A DNA stretch of 64,000 nucleotides from a virus (lineage: Duplodnaviria; Heunggongvirae; Uroviricota; Caudoviricetes). How positions within the stretch are numbered: the stretch's first letter is position 1; every line of letters begins with the position of its first letter. The translations under genes and the position numbers were made by a program. Positions 56,150-64,000 of the stretch are shown in pieces. Location: positions 166,155-230,154 of IMG/VR virus record IMGVR_UViG_3300044712_000568. One strand, given 5' to 3'. The notes under the pieces were generated by a model, which ran no database searches, had not been told where the DNA came from, and was given only the letters and a program-made list of their open reading frames with translations.

Positions 56150-57996
56150 TGACTGGAAAGCGTATCTCTCCTCTCAATCTCCATCAGATGCTGGCTGAGG
56201 CCGCTAGTCCTGAAGCTGCTGAAGCAGTTGCTCAGGTAACTGGTGTTTCTGTTTCTGAACAGGCTCCTGAACAGGCTCCTGAAACGGTGAATAAGCCTGC
56301 CACTAAGGCTGCTTTCATTGTGATGGAAGATCCTAAGGATATTTTCCTTAGTCGAATCCAGATCAATGAAAATGATATCAAGCATCAGCTCATCATGCAT
56401 GATACTGAAATTCTTTCTCATGGGGCTATCTTTCCTGACGGATTGACTGGTAAGGCTCTTGAACGGGCTGAGGCAGCTTCTCGTTATAACATTCTGGATC
56501 TTATTAATGATGGTAAGGCTCAGAATTGGATCTACGACAATCATCGAGATAAGAACTGGAAGCAGTTTATCAAGGTTCTTAATCAGTATGATGTTAAGTT
56601 CACTAAGTTGTTCAATGAGGTTTCTCACAAGAACACCGTTAAGTTCCAGCTTCTTCCCTATTTCATCAAGAAGGATATGCTTCTTGCTGTGAAGTTGGAT
56701 GAGGATACTTGGGGTGGCCTCAAGGTTACTGATGCGAAGATTCAGTATTCTTGGATGGGTGCTCGATTTGTCATCACTGGTCGAATGCTTTTGCATGATG
56801 GTAAGGGTTTCAAGGAAGCTCAGATCCAGCATGCTATCGGATCTTTCGACGATGAAAAGACTTTTGTGGCCCTTGGCATTAAGCTGGCCGATCAGGATGA
56901 AGAACTTCGCAACAATCTGATTGAGCGTGGTAAGAAGTATGAAAAGCTTCATTCCGGCGGTCCTGTTTACATGTCGAATAAGGGACCGATTGTTCGTCGC
57001 TCTTGGTGGTTCGATCATGAATTTCCTGCTACTGGTCGAGTGATGATTGATCGTGTTGGTATGGTCAACATTGATCCTAATTATGACAAGTATTTCGGTC
57101 ATAATCGGTATCATGACAACGATGACTCTACTCAGATGGCCATTCAATTCACGGATGAGCATCATTTCATCTGTTCTCCGTATTGCTATGGCTTCTCTTT
57201 CGTAGCTAAGCAGTGGGGTGAAATTAAGATTGATCAGCTTACTGATATCAATTTCCGCGCTGAATCCTACGATAACCTCGTTCTGAATCCTGAAACTAAG
57301 GATATTCTGTTCTCTCTCACTGAGACTTCCGAACAGGGCAAGGATCTTATCGACGGTAAGGGCGGCGGTTGTATCTTCCTCCTTCATGGAACTCCCGGAG
57401 TTGGTAAGACTCTGACTGCTGAAACTATTGCTGAGACGCTCAAGCGTCCTCTTTATATGGTTTCTGTTGGTGAGCTTGGAACTGATGTTTCTTCTCTGGA
57501 ACAGAATCTCAGGAACATTCTTCAGGTTTCTTCTTCGTGGAACGCTGTTCTTCTCATTGACGAGGTTGATATCTTCCTTGAGAAGCGCGATCTCGATATC
57601 CATCGTAATGCTTTGGTGGGTGTGTTCCTTCGCCTTCTCGAATACTACAATGGTATTCTGTTCTTGACTACGAACCGAGTCAATCACATTGACCCTGCGT
57701 TCTATTCTCGTATCAGTCTTGCCATTAAGTATCCTGAACTTTCTCCTGAGGCTCGGACTCAGATTTGGAAGGTTCAGGCTAATTTGTATCAGGTCAAGAT
57801 GACTGATGAAGAATATGAGAGGCTTGGCAAGACTTATATGGTTAATGGTCGCCAGATCAAAAACTGTGTGAGAATTGTAACTTCTCTGTGCAAGCGCAGG
57901 GAGACTGAACCGGGATTTGATGACTTTGTGGCTGTCGTGAACAAAGTTGAGGAATTCAATCAGGTTCTTGATCGTCCTGAGGAAGCTGTCAAGTAA
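56149..57996 (+). CDS. AAA+ ATPase with about 380-aa N-terminal domain of unknown function
   Basis: Walker A LLHGTPGVGKT, Walker B LLIDEVDIF, sensor/arginine region GILFLTTNRVNHIDPAFYSR. Confidence 0.7.
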   Translation: MTGKRISPLNLHQMLAEAASPEAAEAVAQVTGVSVSEQAPEQAPETVNKPATKAAFIVMEDPKDIFLSRIQINENDIKHQLIMHDTEILSHGAIFPDGLTGKALERAEAASRYNILDLINDGKAQNWIYDNHRDKNWKQFIKVLNQYDVKFTKLFNEVSHKNTVKFQLLPYFIKKDMLLAVKLDEDTWGGLKVTDAKIQYSWMGARFVITGRMLLHDGKGFKEAQIQHAIGSFDDEKTFVALGIKLADQDEELRNNLIERGKKYEKLHSGGPVYMSNKGPIVRRSWWFDHEFPATGRVMIDRVGMVNIDPNYDKYFGHNRYHDNDDSTQMAIQFTDEHHFICSPYCYGFSFVAKQWGEIKIDQLTDINFRAESYDNLVLNPETKDILFSLTETSEQGKDLIDGKGGGCIFLLHGTPGVGKTLTAETIAETLKRPLYMVSVGELGTDVSSLEQNLRNILQVSSSWNAVLLIDEVDIFLEKRDLDIHRNALVGVFLRLLEYYNGILFLTTNRVNHIDPAFYSRISLAIKYPELSPEARTQIWKVQANLYQVKMTDEEYERLGKTYMVNGRQIKNCVRIVTSLCKRRETEPGFDDFVAVVNKVEEFNQVLDRPEEAVK

Positions 57997-58068
57997 TACT
58001 GTAATGAGCTTAAGGAAGTGCCTCTTAGATATTAAGAGGCATTTTATTAAACTCATGGAGGCAATAAA

Positions 58069-58206
58069 ATGGCTAAAAATCCTAAATTACTACGAATGCG
58101 TCCCAGAGCAGTAAGAAATACGCCATCTGCTCGTAGACACACAAAAAAGTATATGAGATATTTTCGTAAACTTCTCAAAGGAGAAATTAAGAATGAAAAT
58201 CATTAG
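58069..58206 (+). CDS. small basic protein (45 aa), not in track
   Basis: ggaggcaataaaATG. Confidence 0.35.
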   Translation: MAKNPKLLRMRPRAVRNTPSARRHTKKYMRYFRKLLKGEIKNENH

Positions 58207-58326
58207 TCTCTGTGTGTCTTGTAAGGCACAAGAGGTTCTTTACGAAGATCCCAAAGATCAACGCAAGGACGAAATTGAAAAAGATTTGTGTGAAGATTGT
58301 CGCCATCTTCAATTCGGAGACACTTA
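58192..58326 (+). CDS. small zinc-ribbon protein (44 aa), not in track
   Basis: CVSC...CEDC; gagaaattaagaATG. Confidence 0.35.
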
Positions 58327-58560
58327 ATGGAACCTAAGACAAAAATGACTAAGCTTCAAAGAAAGCGTTTGGAGCGAGAACTGATTCGTAATCATCGACA
58401 GCGTAAGGAAAATAAGCGAGAAGTTAATCGTTTATTCTCTTTATATCCAGCTTACTCCGTATTAAGTCGTAAACGAACTTTCATTCCTATGGAGGATGAA
58501 GAAGATTCCGCTACGACAGGACGAGTTTACGGAGAATCCGTAAGAGGACTTTTGGCATGA
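58327..58560 (+). CDS. basic hypothetical protein
   Basis: internal ATG of 58297..58560 ORF directly after previous stop. Confidence 0.4.
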   Translation: MEPKTKMTKLQRKRLERELIRNHRQRKENKREVNRLFSLYPAYSVLSRKRTFIPMEDEEDSATTGRVYGESVRGLLA

Positions 58561-58691
58561 AGATCAGTAAAGAAGAACGAAAACAACATAAAGATTTTTT
58601 AAAAGAAGAAAAGAGAAAGGACAGAGAGGCAAGAAAGGTTCTAAAAAAGACTAAACCCGAAAAGTCTGGAATCATTCGCTAGGAGCTTCTC

Positions 58692-58925
58692 TTGATTTTG
58701 TCTACTTCTGCTGCATTATTAGCTTTCGCTACACCCGAAGATCGACGGACCTTTCTCCAACAACACGATATCGTTGGAATCTATAATGATTCAACTATCT
58801 GTTTTAATAACAAAACAGGAGATTTTTGGTCAGTCCTTAAAGATAGGCGTTCTCTGGTGTCACGATCTGAAGTAAGAAAAATGGGATTAAACACTGCTAA
58901 TTACAAAAAAGTAAGTAGACATTAA
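58692..58925 (+). CDS. hypothetical protein
   Basis: 77 aa; ctaggagcttctcttgATT... start uncertain. Confidence 0.35.
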   Translation: MILSTSAALLAFATPEDRRTFLQQHDIVGIYNDSTICFNNKTGDFWSVLKDRRSLVSRSEVRKMGLNTANYKKVSRH

Positions 58926-58967
58926 ATTTAGAATAAATTAGGAAGGTTATTATAGACTGGAGGAATT

Positions 58968-59252
58968 GTGACAAGAGAGTTAGTGCCATTAGAGTTGGAA
59001 ACATTAGCGCGTATAGCAGAAGCTGAGCAAGTTCTTTATCATTTTCCAGCTAAGCGGCATACTACTTCTCATAAAACAGTTCTTCTTATCAATCCAGCTA
59101 CTAATAGTCCTTCTACTAGTCATCTTAATGTTACAATAGTGGATGCCTTGCGCTTGGAAGGTTATATTCAACTGTTAGATAAAAATGCAGATCGATATGC
59201 CCGTATTGGTTTAACCGATAAGGGTAAATCTCTCTTACAAGGTATTCAATGA
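58968..59252 (+). CDS. hypothetical protein (possible winged-helix DNA-binding fold)
   Basis: 94 aa; ctggaggaattGTG. Confidence 0.4.
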   Translation: MTRELVPLELETLARIAEAEQVLYHFPAKRHTTSHKTVLLINPATNSPSTSHLNVTIVDALRLEGYIQLLDKNADRYARIGLTDKGKSLLQGIQ

Positions 59253-59566
59253 ATCCGCATTATTACGAAGACAAAACGCTCACTACTTCAGATGCATTTA
59301 AACATTTGCGTGAGTTCAAAGAAGAAAGTCCTCATGCTATTGTTAATATGTCTTTTGAAGCTGTTGTATCTTTTTACCGTTCAAAGCCTCTTTCTAGATT
59401 TTTGGATGAGGCTGGCTGTAAAGAAGGAATTAAGTCAATTCACGTAAAAGTAACAGGATTCCTTCTCAAGACATACAAGATTACTATTTGTGGCACGGCG
59501 GCTCCGGTCTATTCCGTGATAACAGATATTGCATCTATGTATCCCAACGCAGACTATGACGATTAA
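59249..59566 (+). CDS. hypothetical protein
   Basis: 105 aa, ATGA coupling. Confidence 0.45.
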   Translation: MNPHYYEDKTLTTSDAFKHLREFKEESPHAIVNMSFEAVVSFYRSKPLSRFLDEAGCKEGIKSIHVKVTGFLLKTYKITICGTAAPVYSVITDIASMYPNADYDD

Positions 59567-59577
59567 ATTGGAGTAAT

Positions 59578-60708
59578 ATGTTAAAAGTTCAAGAATTTCT
59601 TCGTGCAGGTAATTCCTTGGACTTACTTGAATCTGAATTTAAGATTAAGGTAAGACACCATGAGGAACTTAATGTAGTGTGTCTTAACTATGATCAAATC
59701 AATTCGCCGTTGAGTGAAACGATTGTCCAAGAATGTCGGGCTCTTATTCTTGAGCGAGGCACTTGGGAAGTAAAATCTTGGCCATTCAAAAAGTTTTTTA
59801 ATGTTGGTGAATTTCTTGCAGTCAAAGAGTTTGACTGGGATGACTTCGATACATTTGAGAAATTGGATGGCTCAATTATTCATTTCTGGCACCACAATGC
59901 GTTAGGGTGGCAAGTGGGCACCCGGTCAGTTCCTGATTCAAAGACGCCTTATTGTGATGATCCATCTAAAACCTTCTATGATCTTATCTGCGCTACTTTG
60001 ATAGAACAGAAAACCTCATTTGAGGAACTTACCAGCTTTTTTACTCCCGGTTATTGTTATACTTTCGAATTAACTGGCCCAGAAAATCAAGTTGTTGTAT
60101 TTTATGAACAGCGTAGAATTTCTTTACTAGCTGTTAGAAATCTTAGCACTTTGGAGGAAGAAAACGCTGAGGACTGGATTAAATACAATCTTCCTCCTTG
60201 GATTGATGTTCATGAAGCTAAAGCCTATCATGGTTGGACTTTAGATCAAATTTCTAAGACAGTTCAAGAATTAAATCCTACTCAACAGGAAGGTTTCGTT
60301 CTTGTAGATAAAAATTGGAATAGGTTGAAGATTAAATCTGAAGCCTATTGCTTAATGTCTCATAGCAGAGACTCGCTAGGTAAATCTAACCGAGCAAGGC
60401 TTGAATTGATCTTTGCTGGAAAGGAAGACGATGTTCTTTCTATTCTTCCGCAAACAGTTCAAGATAAAATTTTATTCTTGAAAAGTGCATTGATGAAACT
60501 TCAAAATGAGGTGAGTCTTGCATACACAAGAATTTCTCATATTCACGATCAGAAAGAATTTGCTGCGGAAGCATTGAAAACAAAATATTCCGGTATGTTG
60601 TTTACTCTGCGAAAGAATCCGTTATTGAAACCGTCTGATGTAATTAAACAAACCATGCCTAAAAAGGTATTGGAACTTCTCTCACTGCAAGAAGAAGATT
60701 CGGAGTAA
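59578..60708 (+). CDS. RNA ligase, Rnl1 (T4 RnlA)-type nucleotidyltransferase
   Basis: motif I EKLDGS (KxDG), motif IV EGFVLVD, motif V RLKIKS; length 376 aa matches T4 Rnl1 (374 aa). Confidence 0.75.
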   Translation: MLKVQEFLRAGNSLDLLESEFKIKVRHHEELNVVCLNYDQINSPLSETIVQECRALILERGTWEVKSWPFKKFFNVGEFLAVKEFDWDDFDTFEKLDGSIIHFWHHNALGWQVGTRSVPDSKTPYCDDPSKTFYDLICATLIEQKTSFEELTSFFTPGYCYTFELTGPENQVVVFYEQRRISLLAVRNLSTLEEENAEDWIKYNLPPWIDVHEAKAYHGWTLDQISKTVQELNPTQQEGFVLVDKNWNRLKIKSEAYCLMSHSRDSLGKSNRARLELIFAGKEDDVLSILPQTVQDKILFLKSALMKLQNEVSLAYTRISHIHDQKEFAAEALKTKYSGMLFTLRKNPLLKPSDVIKQTMPKKVLELLSLQEEDSE

Positions 60709-60710
60709 TT

Positions 60711-61049
60711 ATGTTCAAGTGGTTTACAACTCAGCTTTTGCGTGTTGAATTTAAGAAAGTGGATTTGCCTATTCGAATCAATGATAAGGCAATCACTCTT
60801 CTTGCTCCGAATGAAAATGCTGAACTTGTTGAAGCATTTTTCATTGCTCACAGCAAAATTCAATCCGATCTGTTGGAGGAACTTCATTCGGCTTTTAATG
60901 CGTTGCTGAAATCTTCTGGTAAGTCTCCTGAAGAGGATGCTGAGCGATTAGTTGTTTTGAATGTTCTTCGGTCTAAATATCAAGCACTTTTTAATGCTCT
61001 CGACGAGTTGAAAGAAGCGCAAGCTACTAAGGAATCTAATGAAGTTTAA
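60711..61049 (+). CDS. hypothetical helical protein
   Basis: 112 aa between ligase and phosphoesterase. Confidence 0.45.
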   Translation: MFKWFTTQLLRVEFKKVDLPIRINDKAITLLAPNENAELVEAFFIAHSKIQSDLLEELHSAFNALLKSSGKSPEEDAERLVVLNVLRSKYQALFNALDELKEAQATKESNEV

Positions 61050-61689
61050 AAATATCTGGCTTACCTCAGATCCTCATTATGGGCATGTTCGAGCACTGGA
61101 GATCATGCCTAATCGTCCCTGGAAAACAGTGGATGAAATGAACGCTGGTTTAGCTGAGAATCATAACAGCACTGTTGGTAAGAATGACGCTGTTATTTTT
61201 GTCGGTGATGTTGTTATGGGTAAGAAATACGAAAATGTTCCTAAGTTTATTCCTCAGCTTAATGGAACAAAAATTCTTGTTCGTGGCAACCATGATGCGG
61301 GATTTCAAGAAACTGATGTGACAAAGGCTGGAAAAGCCGTGTCTCTTTATAAGGATAATGGATTTGTTGAAGTCTATGATGGATTAGTCAATCTTAACAC
61401 GCTTTTAGCTATGCTTAAAGTGGAAGAGGAACTTCCGTATAGAATCAACTTATGTCATTTTCCTTATCAAGGAACTCCCGATCATGACGATCAAGCTGAA
61501 TATGAGGCTAGGTATTTACATCTAATGCCTCCCAGGACTGAACATCTTCTCTTACATGGACATACTCACAAACCTTTTCAGGTGACTGATGATACTATGA
61601 TTCATGTTGGAGTGGATGCTTGGGAATGGAAACCTGTGAATCTGATCGATTTACTTAGCATTGCGGAACTTTACTGCAAAGTTAAATAA
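61039..61689 (+). CDS. calcineurin-type metallophosphoesterase (candidate RNA end-healing phosphatase)
   Basis: motifs DPHYGH, GDVVMG, GNHD, HGHTH. Confidence 0.7.
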   Translation: MKFKNIWLTSDPHYGHVRALEIMPNRPWKTVDEMNAGLAENHNSTVGKNDAVIFVGDVVMGKKYENVPKFIPQLNGTKILVRGNHDAGFQETDVTKAGKAVSLYKDNGFVEVYDGLVNLNTLLAMLKVEEELPYRINLCHFPYQGTPDHDDQAEYEARYLHLMPPRTEHLLLHGHTHKPFQVTDDTMIHVGVDAWEWKPVNLIDLLSIAELYCKVK

Positions 61690-62343
61690 ATCATTCTTTA
61701 TATGTGGGGAACAACTTAAATACATTCCTTAGAGATATTACGAGGAAACAAATCGAACAAGCGATAGTCTTGTAAAGTTCTCCACGCGTATTGAATAACT
61801 AACAAATCCATAGTATCACAAAATAATGTATAATCATTTCAACACTTAAAGCATATTGTAAAACTCAATGTGTCCCAGTGAGTTAGATATTTAATATTCA
61901 GTTACTCCCAAAAGATCGGGTTCCACCGATAATCGGGATAGGCTCTCCAGCCTTCGAGGTCGAGATAGACAGCGACTAGATTACTTTGAAGAGTCTAAAG
62001 ATCCTACGGGTATGGTGATGACTTCCACCGTAGGACATAGCGTTAGCTATGAGTGCTTATTTGCTATTTCAGTGGTGGATAAGTGATACGGTCTGGCCTT
62101 TTGGCAGGATAACTCAACTATACTCATCTATGCAGACAACGTGAGTGTTGAGACTGAAACATGTCTTTCTTGGCTCTTGAAAGAATGAAGTATCTCTTTT
62201 CCTTGGTGATTTCGATTGAATAGCCAAGGAAAAGTCATGCCTACTCTGGATTGAAGAATGAAGTGAAAACAAAGCACTTAGAGCACAAGGAGGAAGTAAA
62301 GAAACTACTCTTTGAAACTTAATAAATCTAATAAAGGAGAATC

Positions 62344-62595
62344 ATGATTTTTGCAATTCTTGAACTGTTACTGGCTATGCTAGTAATTTTAGGGGTAGTA
62401 ACACAGGTTATTATTCCTCTCTTTAAACAGACTCCTTTCTTTCCTGCTTTTAAGTCTAACTCAAGTATTGAGCGAGAACTAGCTGCAGCAAAAGAAAAAG
62501 TCGAACTCGCTGAACTCGAAAATAGACGAGATCAGTATCTCAAACAAGCGGAAGACCTCCGCAAACCTCAGGAGAAAGTTAATGATCAACAGTAA
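62344..62595 (+). CDS. small membrane protein
   Basis: 83 aa, N-terminal TM, aaggagaatcATG. Confidence 0.5.
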   Translation: MIFAILELLLAMLVILGVVTQVIIPLFKQTPFFPAFKSNSSIERELAAAKEKVELAELENRRDQYLKQAEDLRKPQEKVNDQQ

Positions 62596-63847
62596 CCCTG
62601 CTGACCTTTTTACAGATATCGGCTTCAAGCGTTTGCTTAAGGCTGGAAGCTATATTGCCGCTGCAGTTCTTTTTATCTTCCTTCTTTTTGGAGTCGTTGA
62701 ATATAACGATGCTAATGAGATTCTCGTTGTTCAGGGCATCGGAGGCGGCCTGACTGCTTATACTGATGCTGGTCCTAAGCCTCAGTGGTTCGGCAAATGC
62801 ACAACCTATAAGAAGCGCGATCAATTCTCTTTCAGTAGCAAAACTGATCAGGGAAATAAGAAGGATGAGAGTCTTCCTGTTCAGTTTAATGACGGTGGCA
62901 CGGCTAAGGTTAGCGGTGTTATCTCATGGGAAATGCCCATGAGTCAGGAGAAGATTCTTAAGCTTCATACGCTGTATGGTTCTCAGCAGGCTATTGATCA
63001 ACAGCTGATTCGTCCTGCTATCGAGCGTTCTATTTACCTTACTGGTCCTCTGATGTCATCCGCTGAAGCGTATTCTGCGCGTAAGCCTGACCTGCTTCGT
63101 TTCTTTGAAGATCAGGCTCGTAATGGTGTATATCAGATGGAAACCATTTCTGAAAAGCAGCCTGATCCTATTACTGGTATCATGAAGACGGTTTCACTCG
63201 TCAAGATTGCTACTGATGATAAGAACCAGCCCAAGCGTCAGAGCAGTTCGCAAGTTGCCGATTTCGGTATTGTTCTTCTGTCTCCTGCTATTGATGCAGT
63301 GACTTTTGAACAGTCTGTGCAGAAACAGATCAGTGATCAGCAGTCAAATTACATGGCTGTTCAGACTTCCCGCAGTAAGGCTCTCCAGGCGGAACAGGAT
63401 GCTTTAACTGCCGCCAAAAATGGTGAAGCTAACGCTGCCAAGGCCAAATGGGAGCAGGAAGTAGTTAAGGCTACTGAAGTTACCAAGGCTGAAAAGGATC
63501 GTGATGTTGCGGCTCTCGGTGTTAAGACCGCCGAGCTTAACAAACAGAAGTCTATCCTTGAAGGTCAGGGTGAAGCTACTAAGCGTCAGCTGATTATGTC
63601 TGCTGACGGTGCTCTTGATAAGAAGTTGGCTGCTTGGCTTGAGGCTCAGAAGTATTGGGCTGAAGGCTTTGCTAAGCATGAAGGTCAGCTTGTTCCTACT
63701 ATGCAGTGGGGTGGCAACGGTGCTGGTGTCGGTGGCAATGCTGGAACTCAGTTCATGGATCTAATGTCTGCTAAGGCGGCTCGTGATCTTGGACTGGATC
63801 TTGGAATGTCTCGCAGTCAGGCCAAGGCTGAAAAGAAGCAGAAGTAA
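62582..63847 (+). CDS. SPFH/band-7 (HflK/flotillin-like) membrane protein
   Basis: N-terminal TM, beta-rich core, C-terminal Ala/Glu/Lys coiled-coil repeats (AEQDALTAAKNGEANAAKAKWEQEV...). Confidence 0.5.
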   Translation: MINSNPADLFTDIGFKRLLKAGSYIAAAVLFIFLLFGVVEYNDANEILVVQGIGGGLTAYTDAGPKPQWFGKCTTYKKRDQFSFSSKTDQGNKKDESLPVQFNDGGTAKVSGVISWEMPMSQEKILKLHTLYGSQQAIDQQLIRPAIERSIYLTGPLMSSAEAYSARKPDLLRFFEDQARNGVYQMETISEKQPDPITGIMKTVSLVKIATDDKNQPKRQSSSQVADFGIVLLSPAIDAVTFEQSVQKQISDQQSNYMAVQTSRSKALQAEQDALTAAKNGEANAAKAKWEQEVVKATEVTKAEKDRDVAALGVKTAELNKQKSILEGQGEATKRQLIMSADGALDKKLAAWLEAQKYWAEGFAKHEGQLVPTMQWGGNGAGVGGNAGTQFMDLMSAKAARDLGLDLGMSRSQAKAEKKQK

Positions 63848-63890
63848 TTTAACAGGGGTTGGGTTCTTTTTGAGCCCAACCCCACTTCTA
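63848..63890 (+). terminator. hairpin gggttgggttc-ttttgagc-ccaaccccac after SPFH gene
   Basis: aacaggggttgggttctttttgagcccaacccc read directly; stem about 9 bp. Confidence 0.4.
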
Positions 63891-64000
63891 CAGAAAGAAG
63901 GTTTTCCATGGGTAAACGAGATTCACAACGAAGTCATTTTCGTAGAAGAGTCTACGAAAGATATTCATTATCTATTAATGAGGGTGAATATGATTTTTTA

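Noticed and set aside
1-64000. CRISPR arrays, integrase, transposase or IS elements, and rRNA
   Set aside because: I found no regularly spaced direct repeats with unique spacers. No ORF had recombinase, DDE or serine-integrase motifs that I could recognise. The only repeats are the short cassettes and iteron-like units reported above.

Overview
The window reads as part of a large virulent tailed-phage genome (T4-like or jumbo-myovirus style). I found no integrase, transposase or CRISPR array. It has two parts.

Part 1 (about 1–32.4 kb, roughly 30–35 % GC) carries a recombination/nucleotide-metabolism block (Mre11/SbcD-like nuclease followed by an overlapping Rad50/SbcC-like ATPase, a free-standing endonuclease, dUTPase). 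Next comes a minus-strand baseplate/tail module (903-aa structural protein, NHL-repeat beta-propeller protein, gp5-like central spike carrying M23-peptidase and lytic-transglycosylase domains, gp25/GpW wedge protein). Then about 45 tightly packed small plus-strand ORFs (19.5–32.4 kb) include a roughly 10-member paralogous family with the N-terminal motif HIPTG, a minimal SET-domain methyltransferase, a C39-like cysteine peptidase, a FeoA-like protein and an HExxH protein.

A sharp compositional boundary lies at 32.4–32.9 kb. Part 2 (32.9–64 kb) is a mosaic of GC-richer (about 45–50 %) and AT-rich modules. It contains a GC3-biased gene with a strong SD, an SF2 DEAD-like helicase preceded by a 740-bp ORF-free repeat region, a J-domain protein and several long ORF-free structured regions. 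It also holds eight tRNA genes, one of which carries a 41-nt hairpin insertion in the anticodon loop, plus an HNH endonuclease between tRNAs and a thrice-repeated hairpin-T-run-SD cassette. The remainder comprises an AAA+ ATPase, an Rnl1-type RNA ligase next to a calcineurin-type phosphoesterase (an RNA healing/sealing module) and an SPFH/band-7-like membrane protein. The first gene of the window is a Pnk-kinase-like P-loop protein. GC-biased regions produce long antisense shadow ORFs, which I rejected. Many real-looking ORFs under 60 aa with good Shine-Dalgarno (SD) sites are missing from the supplied track.
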